64,000 bases of DNA from Hadesarchaea archaeon (GCA_029259185.1 JAPDJF010000001.1:63427-127426); one strand, 5' to 3'; shown: positions 1 through 8,468, counted from the first letter of the stretch. Translations and numbers: made by a program. Notes: generated from the letters alone by a model not told the origin.

Positions 1-270
1 CAGATCCCCGATACGGGCCATCAAGTTTTCTATCTCTTTTAGTGAGTGACCGGAGGCTGTGCTGATAGCCTTTTTCATTTGTTGGATTCCCACCCCAGTT
101 TCCTTCGAGACATAAGTTGGCCACGGTCTTCCGAGGAGAAGGTAGACCACACGATCCATTTCTTCCACCGCCGTCCGTTTCAGGAGATCCACGATTATGG
201 CATTTTTCTCCAAGTAACCCGATGCCTGCTCCAATTTCTCCAGTGCTTCGGCTAAAACTCTGTAGAGCAT
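1..270 (-). CDS. lig: ATP-dependent DNA ligase, N-terminal DNA-binding domain (partial, runs off window start)
   Basis: Manual minus-strand translation from ATG at 270: MLYRVLAEALEKLEQASGYLEKNAIIVDLLK...VYLLLGRPWP...GVG...KAIS...IGDL, typical of the archaeal ligase N-terminus. Confidence 0.85.
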   Translation of the reverse strand, partial: MLYRVLAEALEKLEQASGYLEKNAIIVDLLKRTAVEEMDRVVYLLLGRPWPTYVSKETGVGIQQMKKAISTASGHSLKEIENLMARIGDL

Positions 271-378
271 TCGCCCCACTCCCAACTAAGTATCGCCCTC
301 TAACTATTTTCACTTTCCCGAGCCGTAACATCCGGAAAGCATATTAACGTAGCTATCTTAAAGAGAGTAGGGCTGGGG

Positions 379-1248
379 GTGGGGGGAAGGGAGAAAAGGA
401 TGAGACCCCCTAAGGCCCTCTTGGAAAGCGCATTGGACTTGGCGTCCAAGGTTAAGGCGAAAGCTTTGCTAGTGTTAGCTTCGACTGAGCAAGACTTGGT
501 TCCTCTTCTTTCAGAAAATGGATTAAAGCTTGTGGTTGCGACGACAGACGACCACCTCTACCGAGAATTGAAAAAGGTCGTTGACGGTGGGGCACTTAAG
601 CTCACGTTTTTGCCCCGGGGACGGGAGAAGAAGATCGTACACGCGGTTTCGTGCGGGCTGAGCGAAGGGTTGTTTTCAGAGGGGGATCGGCTGGTGTGTT
701 TGGTTGGGGAGGGTTCCATCTCCTTTGATTCCATCTTCGTCCATGAAGTCTCAGGCGGGGAGTCAGTGTTTTCCCTTATTGAATCCCACCCAGTTCACAG
801 GTCGATCGTGGAGCTGGCATTAGAACTCGGACACCCGAGGGCAGGAGGTCCGGTTGGATCAGCTTTCCTCGTGGGTGATGAAAGGGCCGTGATGAAAAAT
901 TCGCGTCAGCTTATGCCCAATCCGTTCAAAGGTCACAGAATAAGTGTTGTTGATAGGAAGAACTGGGATCTGTTGAGACGATACGCAACCTTCGATGGAG
1001 CGTTCGTGGTGAGGGAGGACGGGCGCGTGTTGGCTGCGATGAGATATCTGGAAGCGAGAGCAGATGTAGGTATCCCAGTGGGGCTGGGGACGCGTCACCG
1101 TGCCGTGGCGGCTGCGACATCGGTCACCAGAGCTATGGGGGTTACGGTTTCTGGTCAGGACGGAGTGGTCAGAGTGTTTAAAGGAGGTGCGTTGGTGGCA
1201 TGGATTCACCCTCTCACCCGAAGGTTGGAATCTCTGGAGAAGACTTAA
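379..1248 (+). CDS. dacZ: Diadenylate cyclase (DisA_N/DAC domain with N-terminal pyruvate-kinase-C-like domain, DacZ type)
   Basis: DGA motif (TFDGAFVV) and RHR motif (GLGTRHRA); NPFKGH; N-terminal GLFSEGDRLVCL segment. Confidence 0.85.
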   Translation: MGGREKRMRPPKALLESALDLASKVKAKALLVLASTEQDLVPLLSENGLKLVVATTDDHLYRELKKVVDGGALKLTFLPRGREKKIVHAVSCGLSEGLFSEGDRLVCLVGEGSISFDSIFVHEVSGGESVFSLIESHPVHRSIVELALELGHPRAGGPVGSAFLVGDERAVMKNSRQLMPNPFKGHRISVVDRKNWDLLRRYATFDGAFVVREDGRVLAAMRYLEARADVGIPVGLGTRHRAVAAATSVTRAMGVTVSGQDGVVRVFKGGALVAWIHPLTRRLESLEKT

Positions 1249-1324
1249 GGTTCGGCTTGCTTAAGAGTTCAGGAACGGTATTGGCTAGGGGCACATTTTT
1301 AGTGGAGTATTCATATCAAGACCG

Positions 1325-2113
1325 ATGGGATTCCATCTCGTGGACAAGAAGACAAGAGTGAACTCTGGGAGAAACCGGCCCCAATTTTTCGTTTTAGTGT
1401 GTGTCTTGGCACTTGTTTTGGTTTTTATGGGTCTCATTTTGAGGGTCTTCCATCAAGGGCCCCTGATCGGAGTAGGGGAAGAAATGGTTTATGGGGTATA
1501 TGTGGGTGGCAACAGGGCCGGCACGATGACGTTCTGGGTGGAGGGAACTGAGAGTTTCGATGGTGTAGCTTGTTATGTGGGAAGATATTCGATGATGGTT
1601 GGAGATACCGTTCAAGCTGGGAGGATGGTGTTTGATAAACAGGGCAGACTCAGGCATGCAAAAATCGCTTTGGTGGAGAATCGGAGCCTGAAATGGTCTA
1701 CGGAGATCGGTTACTCGCGGGCGGTCGGGGTGATGCGGATCATCTTCGAAGACAATCGGAACCCTGAAAATTATTCTGTGACAGATAACGCGGTGCTGAT
1801 GCCCGGGGAGACGGTGCTCCCCGCCTACCTCTGGTATCGGTTACGCATGGAAAATTTGGGTCTCGGCTACCAGCTGGAGTTCTACATAAATGTTCTCCCC
1901 CAAGCCACCACACTTGTACCGGCTAGAGTAGCAGTGCGGGGAGAAGAGAGGGTCGACACCCCAATCGGTCGGTTTGATTGTTGGGTAATCAAAGGAGAGA
2001 ATACAACGAGTGGATTTTGGATCACGAAAGATAGGCGTTTGGTGGTGAAGGCGGTGGAAGAGGCGGAGGGGGTGAGCTGGCTATACGTACTTGAAAAACA
2101 TCGGTTGGATTAA
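1325..2113 (+). CDS. Membrane-anchored exported beta-rich protein (DUF3108-like)
   Basis: Single N-terminal TM helix (FFVLVCVLALVLVFMGLIL); C-terminal E.V.TP.G.FDCW...FWI...R..VK pattern. Confidence 0.55.
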   Translation: MGFHLVDKKTRVNSGRNRPQFFVLVCVLALVLVFMGLILRVFHQGPLIGVGEEMVYGVYVGGNRAGTMTFWVEGTESFDGVACYVGRYSMMVGDTVQAGRMVFDKQGRLRHAKIALVENRSLKWSTEIGYSRAVGVMRIIFEDNRNPENYSVTDNAVLMPGETVLPAYLWYRLRMENLGLGYQLEFYINVLPQATTLVPARVAVRGEERVDTPIGRFDCWVIKGENTTSGFWITKDRRLVVKAVEEAEGVSWLYVLEKHRLD

Positions 2114-2151
2114 ATATCAAAAAAAAGAAGAAATTAGCTCCCGGCGGCGGA

Positions 2152-3132
2152 TCAGGTCGCTATCCAGTAGAAGTCCACAGATATCCGCCAATTCTCCACC
2201 GTACTGTTGTATCTCAGCACAACCGTGAAATTCTCCTGTGTCACGTTGCTCACCATTAGAACTATCCAGTTCTCCACGTTTTCCGAGGTAATTCTAATGG
2301 GTGTGACGACTACAGAGGGTGATGTACCGAAATTATCTAGGAACGGGATGGTCTTGGTATTTTCATGTAATCCTACAGAATCACCCACTACATTGTCACT
2401 AGTGATTGAGTTCTCGCCAGCCTCAACGTGTCGGGCAACGGTTGGAGGTCCTATCGTTCCCGTTATGTACAGGTTTTCGACTTGGAGGTTATCCAGAACT
2501 TTTATGTTGTCTGCATTGGGATATGCGGCGATATTTTCTACATACAATGTTGATGCTAGTGACGAGTCTCCGCTGACCGAGAGGGAAGATAGCGTAGTTC
2601 CACCAGCGCTCAGCGTCCCACTTATCGTAACGTTGCCAGTAACAGAGGCGTTCCCTCCGATGCTCAGGTTGTCACCGATCGTTATATTGTCGTTGGCCGT
2701 GAGGTTGGTCACGGTGATATCATCGGCCAGTTGTGTGCTAGTTACCGAGTTTGCTGCGAGTTTACTTCCGGAGATATTGGCATTTGCCGCAATGTCAGCG
2801 TTCACGATTGTTCCGTCGAGAATTTTTTCTGAAGTGATCGCGCCAGCTGCTATATCTGCGGCCACGATCGTTCCATTAACTATCTTGCCACTGGTGATGG
2901 ATTCGTCCGCGATTTTTGCAGTCGTCACGGCCGAATCAGCGATTTTTGCAGTCGTCACAGCACCGTTCGCCAAGTGGACGGTCTCTACTGCGCCGGCCCC
3001 TATCCCTTCCGTTGATTCCAAGTAAGTCACTCTACTCTCGAGAGATGACAATTGCTGGTAGGTGGCGACTCCGAGGGCTGCTATGGCGAGCACTATCGCA
3101 ACCGAGAGGACTACTATTCTGGGTATTTCCAT
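2152..3132 (-). CDS. Membrane-anchored fibre/adhesin-like protein: TM, short coiled coil, 10-aa AVTTAKIAD repeats, C-terminal H-type-lectin/tail-fibre-like domain
   Basis: N-terminal hydrophobic helix; repeats AVTTAKIADS/AVTTAKIADE/SITSGKIVNG/AITSEKILDG; C-terminal F...PSVVVTP...VSNVT..NFTV...FYWIA; GGAGGT RBS upstream. Confidence 0.65.
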   Translation of the reverse strand: MEIPRIVVLSVAIVLAIAALGVATYQQLSSLESRVTYLESTEGIGAGAVETVHLANGAVTTAKIADSAVTTAKIADESITSGKIVNGTIVAADIAAGAITSEKILDGTIVNADIAANANISGSKLAANSVTSTQLADDITVTNLTANDNITIGDNLSIGGNASVTGNVTISGTLSAGGTTLSSLSVSGDSSLASTLYVENIAAYPNADNIKVLDNLQVENLYITGTIGPPTVARHVEAGENSITSDNVVGDSVGLHENTKTIPFLDNFGTSPSVVVTPIRITSENVENWIVLMVSNVTQENFTVVLRYNSTVENWRISVDFYWIAT

Positions 3133-3287
3133 TTCATTCCTACCTCCACTTTTGTTGGGTATTTCTATAGCGCCCCTCCTCGGCGCTTCTCCGTTTCAAA
3201 CAAGGGGGTTAGAGGCACGATTTAAAACTTTTCATTAGTTTTTTAAAAAGAACAAAAATTTTTTAAAGAAAACGATGGAGGGATTGT

Positions 3288-3848
3288 GTGGATCTGTTCA
3301 AAAAATATGCGGATTTTTTGCTGCTGAGTTTTTTCCTCCAAAATCCAACGGGCCAGTTCTATGTAAGAGAACTGGCTGAGAAGTTAGGGCTCAGTCCCTC
3401 TAAGGTGAGTGTGGCTTCCAGAGCACTCGAACTTCAAGGGATATTGAAAAGTGAAGAAAGAGGATTGGCCAAATTTTACAGACTCAACAATGACGTTCCG
3501 TTGGTGAAGGCTTTTAAGGTCGTTCACAGTTTAGCGAAACTCAGCGAAGCTAAGCTCGTCGAAAAACTCTTAGAAAGAGATCCGTCCATAATCTCGATCG
3601 CGGTTTATGGAAGCTATGCATCTGGAACGAACGATGAGAAAAGTGCCATCAAGCTCTTGGTGATCAGTCAGAAAGAAAAAGAAGTGTTTCTAGAGGTATT
3701 GAGGAGCATCGAGGAACGTCATGGGATCCGGCTTGATCTGGAAGTACTCAAGCTCGGGGAGTGGAGAGATCGGGTGAAAAAAAGTGATTCCCTCTATCGA
3801 GAAGTTCTTTCCGCCCACATCTTGCTCTTCGGTTCGAACCTCATCTGA
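3288..3848 (+). CDS. wHTH + minimal nucleotidyltransferase (MNT) fusion, catalytic aspartates substituted
   Basis: N-terminal YVRELAEKLGLS..V...L..LE..G wHTH; GSYASG motif followed by SAIKL instead of SDIDL. Confidence 0.8.
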   Translation: MDLFKKYADFLLLSFFLQNPTGQFYVRELAEKLGLSPSKVSVASRALELQGILKSEERGLAKFYRLNNDVPLVKAFKVVHSLAKLSEAKLVEKLLERDPSIISIAVYGSYASGTNDEKSAIKLLVISQKEKEVFLEVLRSIEERHGIRLDLEVLKLGEWRDRVKKSDSLYREVLSAHILLFGSNLI

Positions 3849-4059
3849 TTGAACTACCTTTTGGAAGAAAATGATTTCGAGAACCCACAAAGCATCAGCT
3901 TTGTCGGAGTTCAGAGCGGAGCCGTGGGGGTGGGGTTAAGAAAATTGAAAATTCTTAATGTGTTTTTGGGTGACCCACACGGCTCCAAACTCGATTTTAA
4001 ACTTTGGATTATATTAATGCTACGGGGAGAGGGCTTCCCCACGAAAAAGGCGGGGATTC

Positions 4060-4419
4060 TCATCCTTTGGATAGTTCCTTCTCTATGGCCTTTATGAATT
4101 CCTTAGCAGAATCCATTGCTCCTTTAGCATCGCTTCGTTTGACAGATAATGTGGGGTCACTATAGATGGCTGAGACGAATCGATTGAACTGATCTAAAGA
4201 GGTCACGTGCTCTCTCAGCTCAGGGTATCGACACCGAAGATACTCGATCATCGTTTGTCTTTCAACCTCGCTCACCCCATTTCTGAAGAGGAGAGCCCTA
4301 GCGGCATGAAACATGGAGATGAGCGAGGCCACCACGGCCATGTCCCGGTATCCTAGAGCATTGCTATCTTTCGCCCGCTTTAACCATTCTTTTGCAACTT
4401 TCAGGGATCTCATACTCAT
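4060..4419 (-). CDS. HEPN domain protein (divergent)
   Basis: AKEWLKRAK...SMFHAARALL..NG...A...A.EFI pattern; start moved to ATG 4419. Confidence 0.75.
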   Translation of the reverse strand: MSMRSLKVAKEWLKRAKDSNALGYRDMAVVASLISMFHAARALLFRNGVSEVERQTMIEYLRCRYPELREHVTSLDQFNRFVSAIYSDPTLSVKRSDAKGAMDSAKEFIKAIEKELSKG

Positions 4420-4531
4420 GTTCAACGGCAAAACCAATTTGAATTGCGTCTCAAAATTTAAAAATTTCAAACTTTGGCGCTTTGCACAAAAATACCGGAA
4501 AACTTAAAATGGTTCCGACAGACCACGTTCG

Positions 4532-4870
4532 ATGTTGGCCTCCAAGACGATAAGAGCTGAACTCTACGGCCTCACCCGGTTCAAGCGCAAGCTTCTGGAG
4601 GACCTCCAAGCCGAGTGGGATCGCGCCCAGGCCCTTGAGAGGGACTACCGGACTCTGAGAGAGCAAACGAGGCATCCACCAGCCGAACGTGCCACCGCTG
4701 CGGAAACGAAGGACGAAGGGTCTCTCAAGGCTTCTTCAAATGCTCGTCGTGTGGGCTGGAGTACAACGCCGACCTCAACGGAGCCATAAATATTGGAGAG
4801 GGGTTCTTGGGCCACTGGCTCAGGGACGGGGGCGTGGGGCTTTCGCCCCTTTAGGGGATCCCGAGCCTCC
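4532..4870 (+). mobile_element. Internally deleted TnpB (IS200/IS605 OrfB) remnant: N-terminus fused to Zn-finger/RuvC-III end
   Basis: MLASKTIRAELYGLT... then in another frame CHRCGNEGRRVSQGFFKCSSCGLEYNADLNGAINIG; downstream GGGGC-TTTC-GCCCC hairpin. Confidence 0.8.
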
Positions 4871-4921
4871 AAGCACAAAAATTGGCCTCAGGGCTGATTT
4901 TTTTGTGCAGAGCCAAACTTT

Positions 4922-5272
4922 GGTTCCGTAAAAGTTTTTGAGGTAATCTCATTAATCTCGCTGGTCAAGGCAGGTGGGTGCGACAAAATCCCATGAGGTG
5001 ATGTGAATGAGCCCCAGAACAAACCCAAATGCCCGCCCCTGCGGAGCAGGGTTCTTGGAAGGTCGGCTTAAGCCAAAGCAAGAGGCGAGTCTACAAGTGT
5101 AGTTCTTGTAGAAAGAGGTTCAATGAGCGGGTGGGAACGCCGTTCCATGGACTGCACTTCCCAGAGGGGGGCCGGGTATTTCACGTAACAGGTGCGCCCC
5201 ATCAGGGGCTGTCGAGTTACGATGTGGGTGCACTGTGACCTGAAATTTTGCTCCAAGCTTTTTTACGGAACC
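4922..5272 (+). mobile_element. Non-autonomous IS6/IS1595-like element with 12-bp terminal inverted repeats and 8-bp target duplication
   Basis: TIR GGTTCCGTAAAA at 4922 and its reverse complement ending 5272; CAAACTTT duplicated at 4914-4921 and 5273-5280; internal transposase zinc-ribbon remnant YKCSSCRKRFNERVGTPF. Confidence 0.85.
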
Positions 5273-5320
5273 CAAACTTTGGGATAATCCCAAAGTTTGG
5301 AGAAGCCCCCCAAACTCTGG
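5272..5320. repeat. Cluster of CCAAA-N-TTTGG palindromes including a 13-bp perfect inverted repeat
   Basis: CCAAACTTTGGGA-TAA-TCCCAAAGTTTGG (5272-5300) and CCAAACTCTGG (5310-5320). Confidence 0.7.
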
Positions 5321-5332
5321 AGAAAGAGGAAA

Positions 5333-5360
5333 GAAAATGGGAAAAAAAGAAGAAAAAAAT
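5333..5360 (-). terminator. Oligo-T archaeal terminator of the surface protein gene
   Basis: Long T-rich tract on the minus strand immediately after the stop at 5373. Confidence 0.55.
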
Positions 5361-5372
5361 TCGTTTTCTTTT

Positions 5373-8240
5373 TTACTTTTTCACTCGCAGTATCGCGATC
5401 GCAGCCAGCACCAACGCGATTATCACGAGGATTATTGCGTAGGTGCCTGTAGGTGTCACAGTCCGTTCCACCGTGAGTGAAATTGCTGGGCTCGTGTTTC
5501 CTGCTGCATCGGTGGCAATCAGCGTGATCACATTTGATCCCTCGAAGACACGAATGCTTTTGCTGAAGCTCCCGTCAGCCTCCAGCGGGACAGTTATCGA
5601 GGTGTCTCCGTAGCTTATGCGCAACTCGATCTCCGTGGGTTCGCTCACGTCATCTGTCACTTTGCCGCTCACGATGACTGAACTCTTGCTTGTGCTCAGC
5701 GAGGTCACAGCTTTTCCGTCGATCGTCAGCTCCGAGATCGTCGGTGGGGTGGCATCAGCCTTCACGTAACCGTATAGCGTTCGTTCACTCTCGTTTCCAG
5801 CAACATCAGTCTGGCTTACCTCGATCTTGGTCGTTACTCCGGCTGTTATGTCCAAGCTAGCGACCCATATCCCGTCTCCATCGGAGTCGGTGACCGTCGT
5901 CGCCAGAGTGGCGGTGGTCCACGGGGAAACGCTTGTGTAGACGTTGATCGTGGCATAGGGTTCGCAAGTACCGCTTATGGTTATCGTTGTCGTATTCAGA
6001 GCTTTAGGTTTGTCGGCTGTCGATGTGGGGTAGCTCGTTGTCAGGACGGGTACACTCGGTGCTTTCGTGTCAACCACGAACGTATAGGACTTGTTGTCCG
6101 ATTGCAGATTGTCGCCGGCGATCACGAATATGCGGTACGTGTTATCGGGTAATCCTCCGGTGAAGGAACCTATCGCCAGCGGGATGGTGTTTTCGAAGTT
6201 CAGTGTGTAGTTGTCATGAGCGAGGGCGTTCGCTAAAGTCGCTATCACGGTACCATTCTCATACTGGAGTTGTACACTGTAGCCACCGTTGTCGCTGAAC
6301 GGCAGGTTCTCTACACCTAGGACGGCATCAGTTATAGTAAGGGTCAACGTGGGAGTGTTGTCGTTGATCACCACACCGTTCTCAAATGCCTTGCCTCCAA
6401 TCGTGCCGAACGTAATCGTTGGGGCAGTCTTGTCGAATGTCACATTCTCCACGTTTTCGGTTCCCTCGTTCCCGGCCTTGTCGATTATCTTGATACCGAT
6501 CACATGGGTTCCTTCGGTCAGTGACAGCTGGTAGTGCCAGTACCCACCGTCACCTGTCGTGGCAGTGTAAGTGGTATTATCGATGCGGATCTTCACCGTC
6601 ATTCCCTTCTGAGTCTGGAGTGCTCCAGCCACGTTGTCCAGCGCACAGTTCTCCAGTAAGTAGGAACCAACATTGGTCTGAACGCCCGGTAGGGCTGCAA
6701 GCATGTCTTGCGGGAACCCTGCTATCTGATCCAGCACTGGAGCAGGTGGGGCTATTCTGTCGATGGTGAAAGTACCCGTGTTATCGCTGACAGCGGTGTG
6801 CCCGACCAGATCTTCAAGCTGGGAGCCGATAACATAGACGGTAGCCGTACCGTCACGCTGTATGTTGTCTCCAGTCGTGTAAGTACCAGTCCATACCGTG
6901 TTGTCAGCGTTTGGGGTCATCGATATCTGAACATTTTCTCCGTTGTTCTCAGCTACCATCACGTTTTCGAGCTTAGCCAAGGGTTCACTAGCCGTGACGG
7001 TGATGGTCACGGTCACGTTGTCTTTGACCCAGTCTGGTGACACACTCACACTCACGGTTGGTGGGGTGTTGTCGACCGTCAGCGTGATTTCCTTCTGAAC
7101 AAGTGCTCCCTGAGCATCGGTGGTTCGCACATAGATGGTATAGTCTCCTCCAGCCGTGGGGGTAATCAGGGCGAACGGGAAGTCGAGTTGTGCACCACTC
7201 GCTATCTTGTTGTCCCCTATACCAGCCCACTCGGCAAAATTGCCTGTGGGTAGCGTGCTCGTGCCTGTGGTCTGAGTCCATCCTACTGGCTGGTTCTCAG
7301 CGGCGGCGGCGGTTTCCGAAGTCATGAGGAGGTTCTCTCCGGATTTTCTAATGACTCGGGTATTCTCGGCTACCACAGCCCCGATCGCATTTTCGAGCTT
7401 CACTAGGGTACCCACTGGTAGTACGACCTCATTTTCGCCGCTGCCACCCACCGTGGCGGGCAACTCCAACAGGGTACCGGCCGCAATGGTCACAGCTTCG
7501 ACGTTTTCCTTCTTCGCACTCACATCCGTGACCGTTGTAGAAGTTCCATTGTCGAGCACCACGTTCTCCTCCTCAGCCATCTTCACGTAGGTATTCTCTC
7601 CAACCGTTACGTTCCTGTCTGCGGTCAGGTACACTAGGGTGTTCTCCGGCAACTTCACGATGTTTCCGCTCAGCACGATTACCTGAGTATCGCTGACAAG
7701 TTTCACGTCGCCATTGTCCAGCGTGAATTCATTTTCAACCGTAGTCTCCACATTTTCGCCAGCCAATTGGGCCCTGGAGTCCTGCTGTAACTTCAAGCTA
7801 GCATTTTCGGATAGGAGGTACCAAACCCCCGTAGTCACCGCTCGCACATTATCCCCGGCTTTTCGGATCACAACCGTTCCACTAGGTACGACGATGTTTT
7901 CACCAGGCAGCAAGGACAACGTAGTACCAGCTGGTAGGACAACAATGTTGTCGTTCCCGACTTCACTTCCGCTAAGTTGGACTACACTATCCTTAGGTAT
8001 CTTCGTTAGGGTGTTGATCGTAAAGGTGGAGGGAACGACGATCCGAACGTTATCGATCGCGTCAGGCCCCCCGTTCTGGACGGTTATAGTCAAGACCACC
8101 GAGGTATTCTCTCTGACCAAGTTCTCGCTAATGCTCACCGTGGGTTCATGGGTAGCACTGACGCTGGTCGACACCGCCATAGCGGCAATCGACGTCATCA
8201 TTATGGCTGCGATCACTAGCGCCGCTTTTTCTTTCATCAT
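5373..8240 (-). CDS. Large cell-surface (S-layer-like) protein with signal peptide, internally duplicated N-terminal domain, Ig-like repeats and C-terminal TM anchor
   Basis: True start MMKEKAALVIA at 8240 with AGGAGG RBS; D.AGN / D.TPP / D..AP Ig-like motifs; repeat GNDNIVVLPAGT...VIRKAGDN vs GENEVVLPVGT...VIRKSGEN; TM + RVKK tail. Confidence 0.85.
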   Translation of the reverse strand: MMKEKAALVIAAIMMTSIAAMAVSTSVSATHEPTVSISENLVRENTSVVLTITVQNGGPDAIDNVRIVVPSTFTINTLTKIPKDSVVQLSGSEVGNDNIVVLPAGTTLSLLPGENIVVPSGTVVIRKAGDNVRAVTTGVWYLLSENASLKLQQDSRAQLAGENVETTVENEFTLDNGDVKLVSDTQVIVLSGNIVKLPENTLVYLTADRNVTVGENTYVKMAEEENVVLDNGTSTTVTDVSAKKENVEAVTIAAGTLLELPATVGGSGENEVVLPVGTLVKLENAIGAVVAENTRVIRKSGENLLMTSETAAAAENQPVGWTQTTGTSTLPTGNFAEWAGIGDNKIASGAQLDFPFALITPTAGGDYTIYVRTTDAQGALVQKEITLTVDNTPPTVSVSVSPDWVKDNVTVTITVTASEPLAKLENVMVAENNGENVQISMTPNADNTVWTGTYTTGDNIQRDGTATVYVIGSQLEDLVGHTAVSDNTGTFTIDRIAPPAPVLDQIAGFPQDMLAALPGVQTNVGSYLLENCALDNVAGALQTQKGMTVKIRIDNTTYTATTGDGGYWHYQLSLTEGTHVIGIKIIDKAGNEGTENVENVTFDKTAPTITFGTIGGKAFENGVVINDNTPTLTLTITDAVLGVENLPFSDNGGYSVQLQYENGTVIATLANALAHDNYTLNFENTIPLAIGSFTGGLPDNTYRIFVIAGDNLQSDNKSYTFVVDTKAPSVPVLTTSYPTSTADKPKALNTTTITISGTCEPYATINVYTSVSPWTTATLATTVTDSDGDGIWVASLDITAGVTTKIEVSQTDVAGNESERTLYGYVKADATPPTISELTIDGKAVTSLSTSKSSVIVSGKVTDDVSEPTEIELRISYGDTSITVPLEADGSFSKSIRVFEGSNVITLIATDAAGNTSPAISLTVERTVTPTGTYAIILVIIALVLAAIAILRVKK

Positions 8241-8278
8241 TTTTCCTCCTTTTTTCGGTTTAAGCTCTTGGGGGAGGC

Positions 8279-8292
8279 TATTTAAGCGTTTC
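8279..8292 (-). promoter_or_regulatory. BRE/TATA promoter of the surface protein gene
   Basis: Minus strand GAAACGC-TTAAATA about 40 bp upstream of the start codon. Confidence 0.55.
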
Positions 8293-8468
8293 GAACTTGA
8301 TAATTTCAAATCTTCAAAAATGGAGGAGGTTGGATCCAACTGGTCAAAATCGTTGAATGTTGAAATCGACATCGACATTTGATGAACTTCAGGAGTTGTA
8401 CCAGAACCGGTCGCTGTATTCGTTAAATCCGCTCGGGTTATATCGTCAGAGGGAGAGAAAAGAATAAC

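Noticed and set aside
2207-3025. 272-aa plus-strand ORF
   Set aside because: Antisense shadow of the repeat-rich fibre gene; the minus-strand ORF has the RBS, TM segment and recognisable repeats.
4963-5240. Nested inner IS bounded by GGTCA...TGACC
   Set aside because: Only 5 bp of clean inverted match and no target duplication; the outer TIR/TSD explains the locus.
5272-5320. Possible mini CRISPR array near TnpB relics
   Set aside because: Repeats are 11 bp with 7-9 bp gaps and mixed orientation; I saw no repeat-spacer array or cas genes anywhere in the window.
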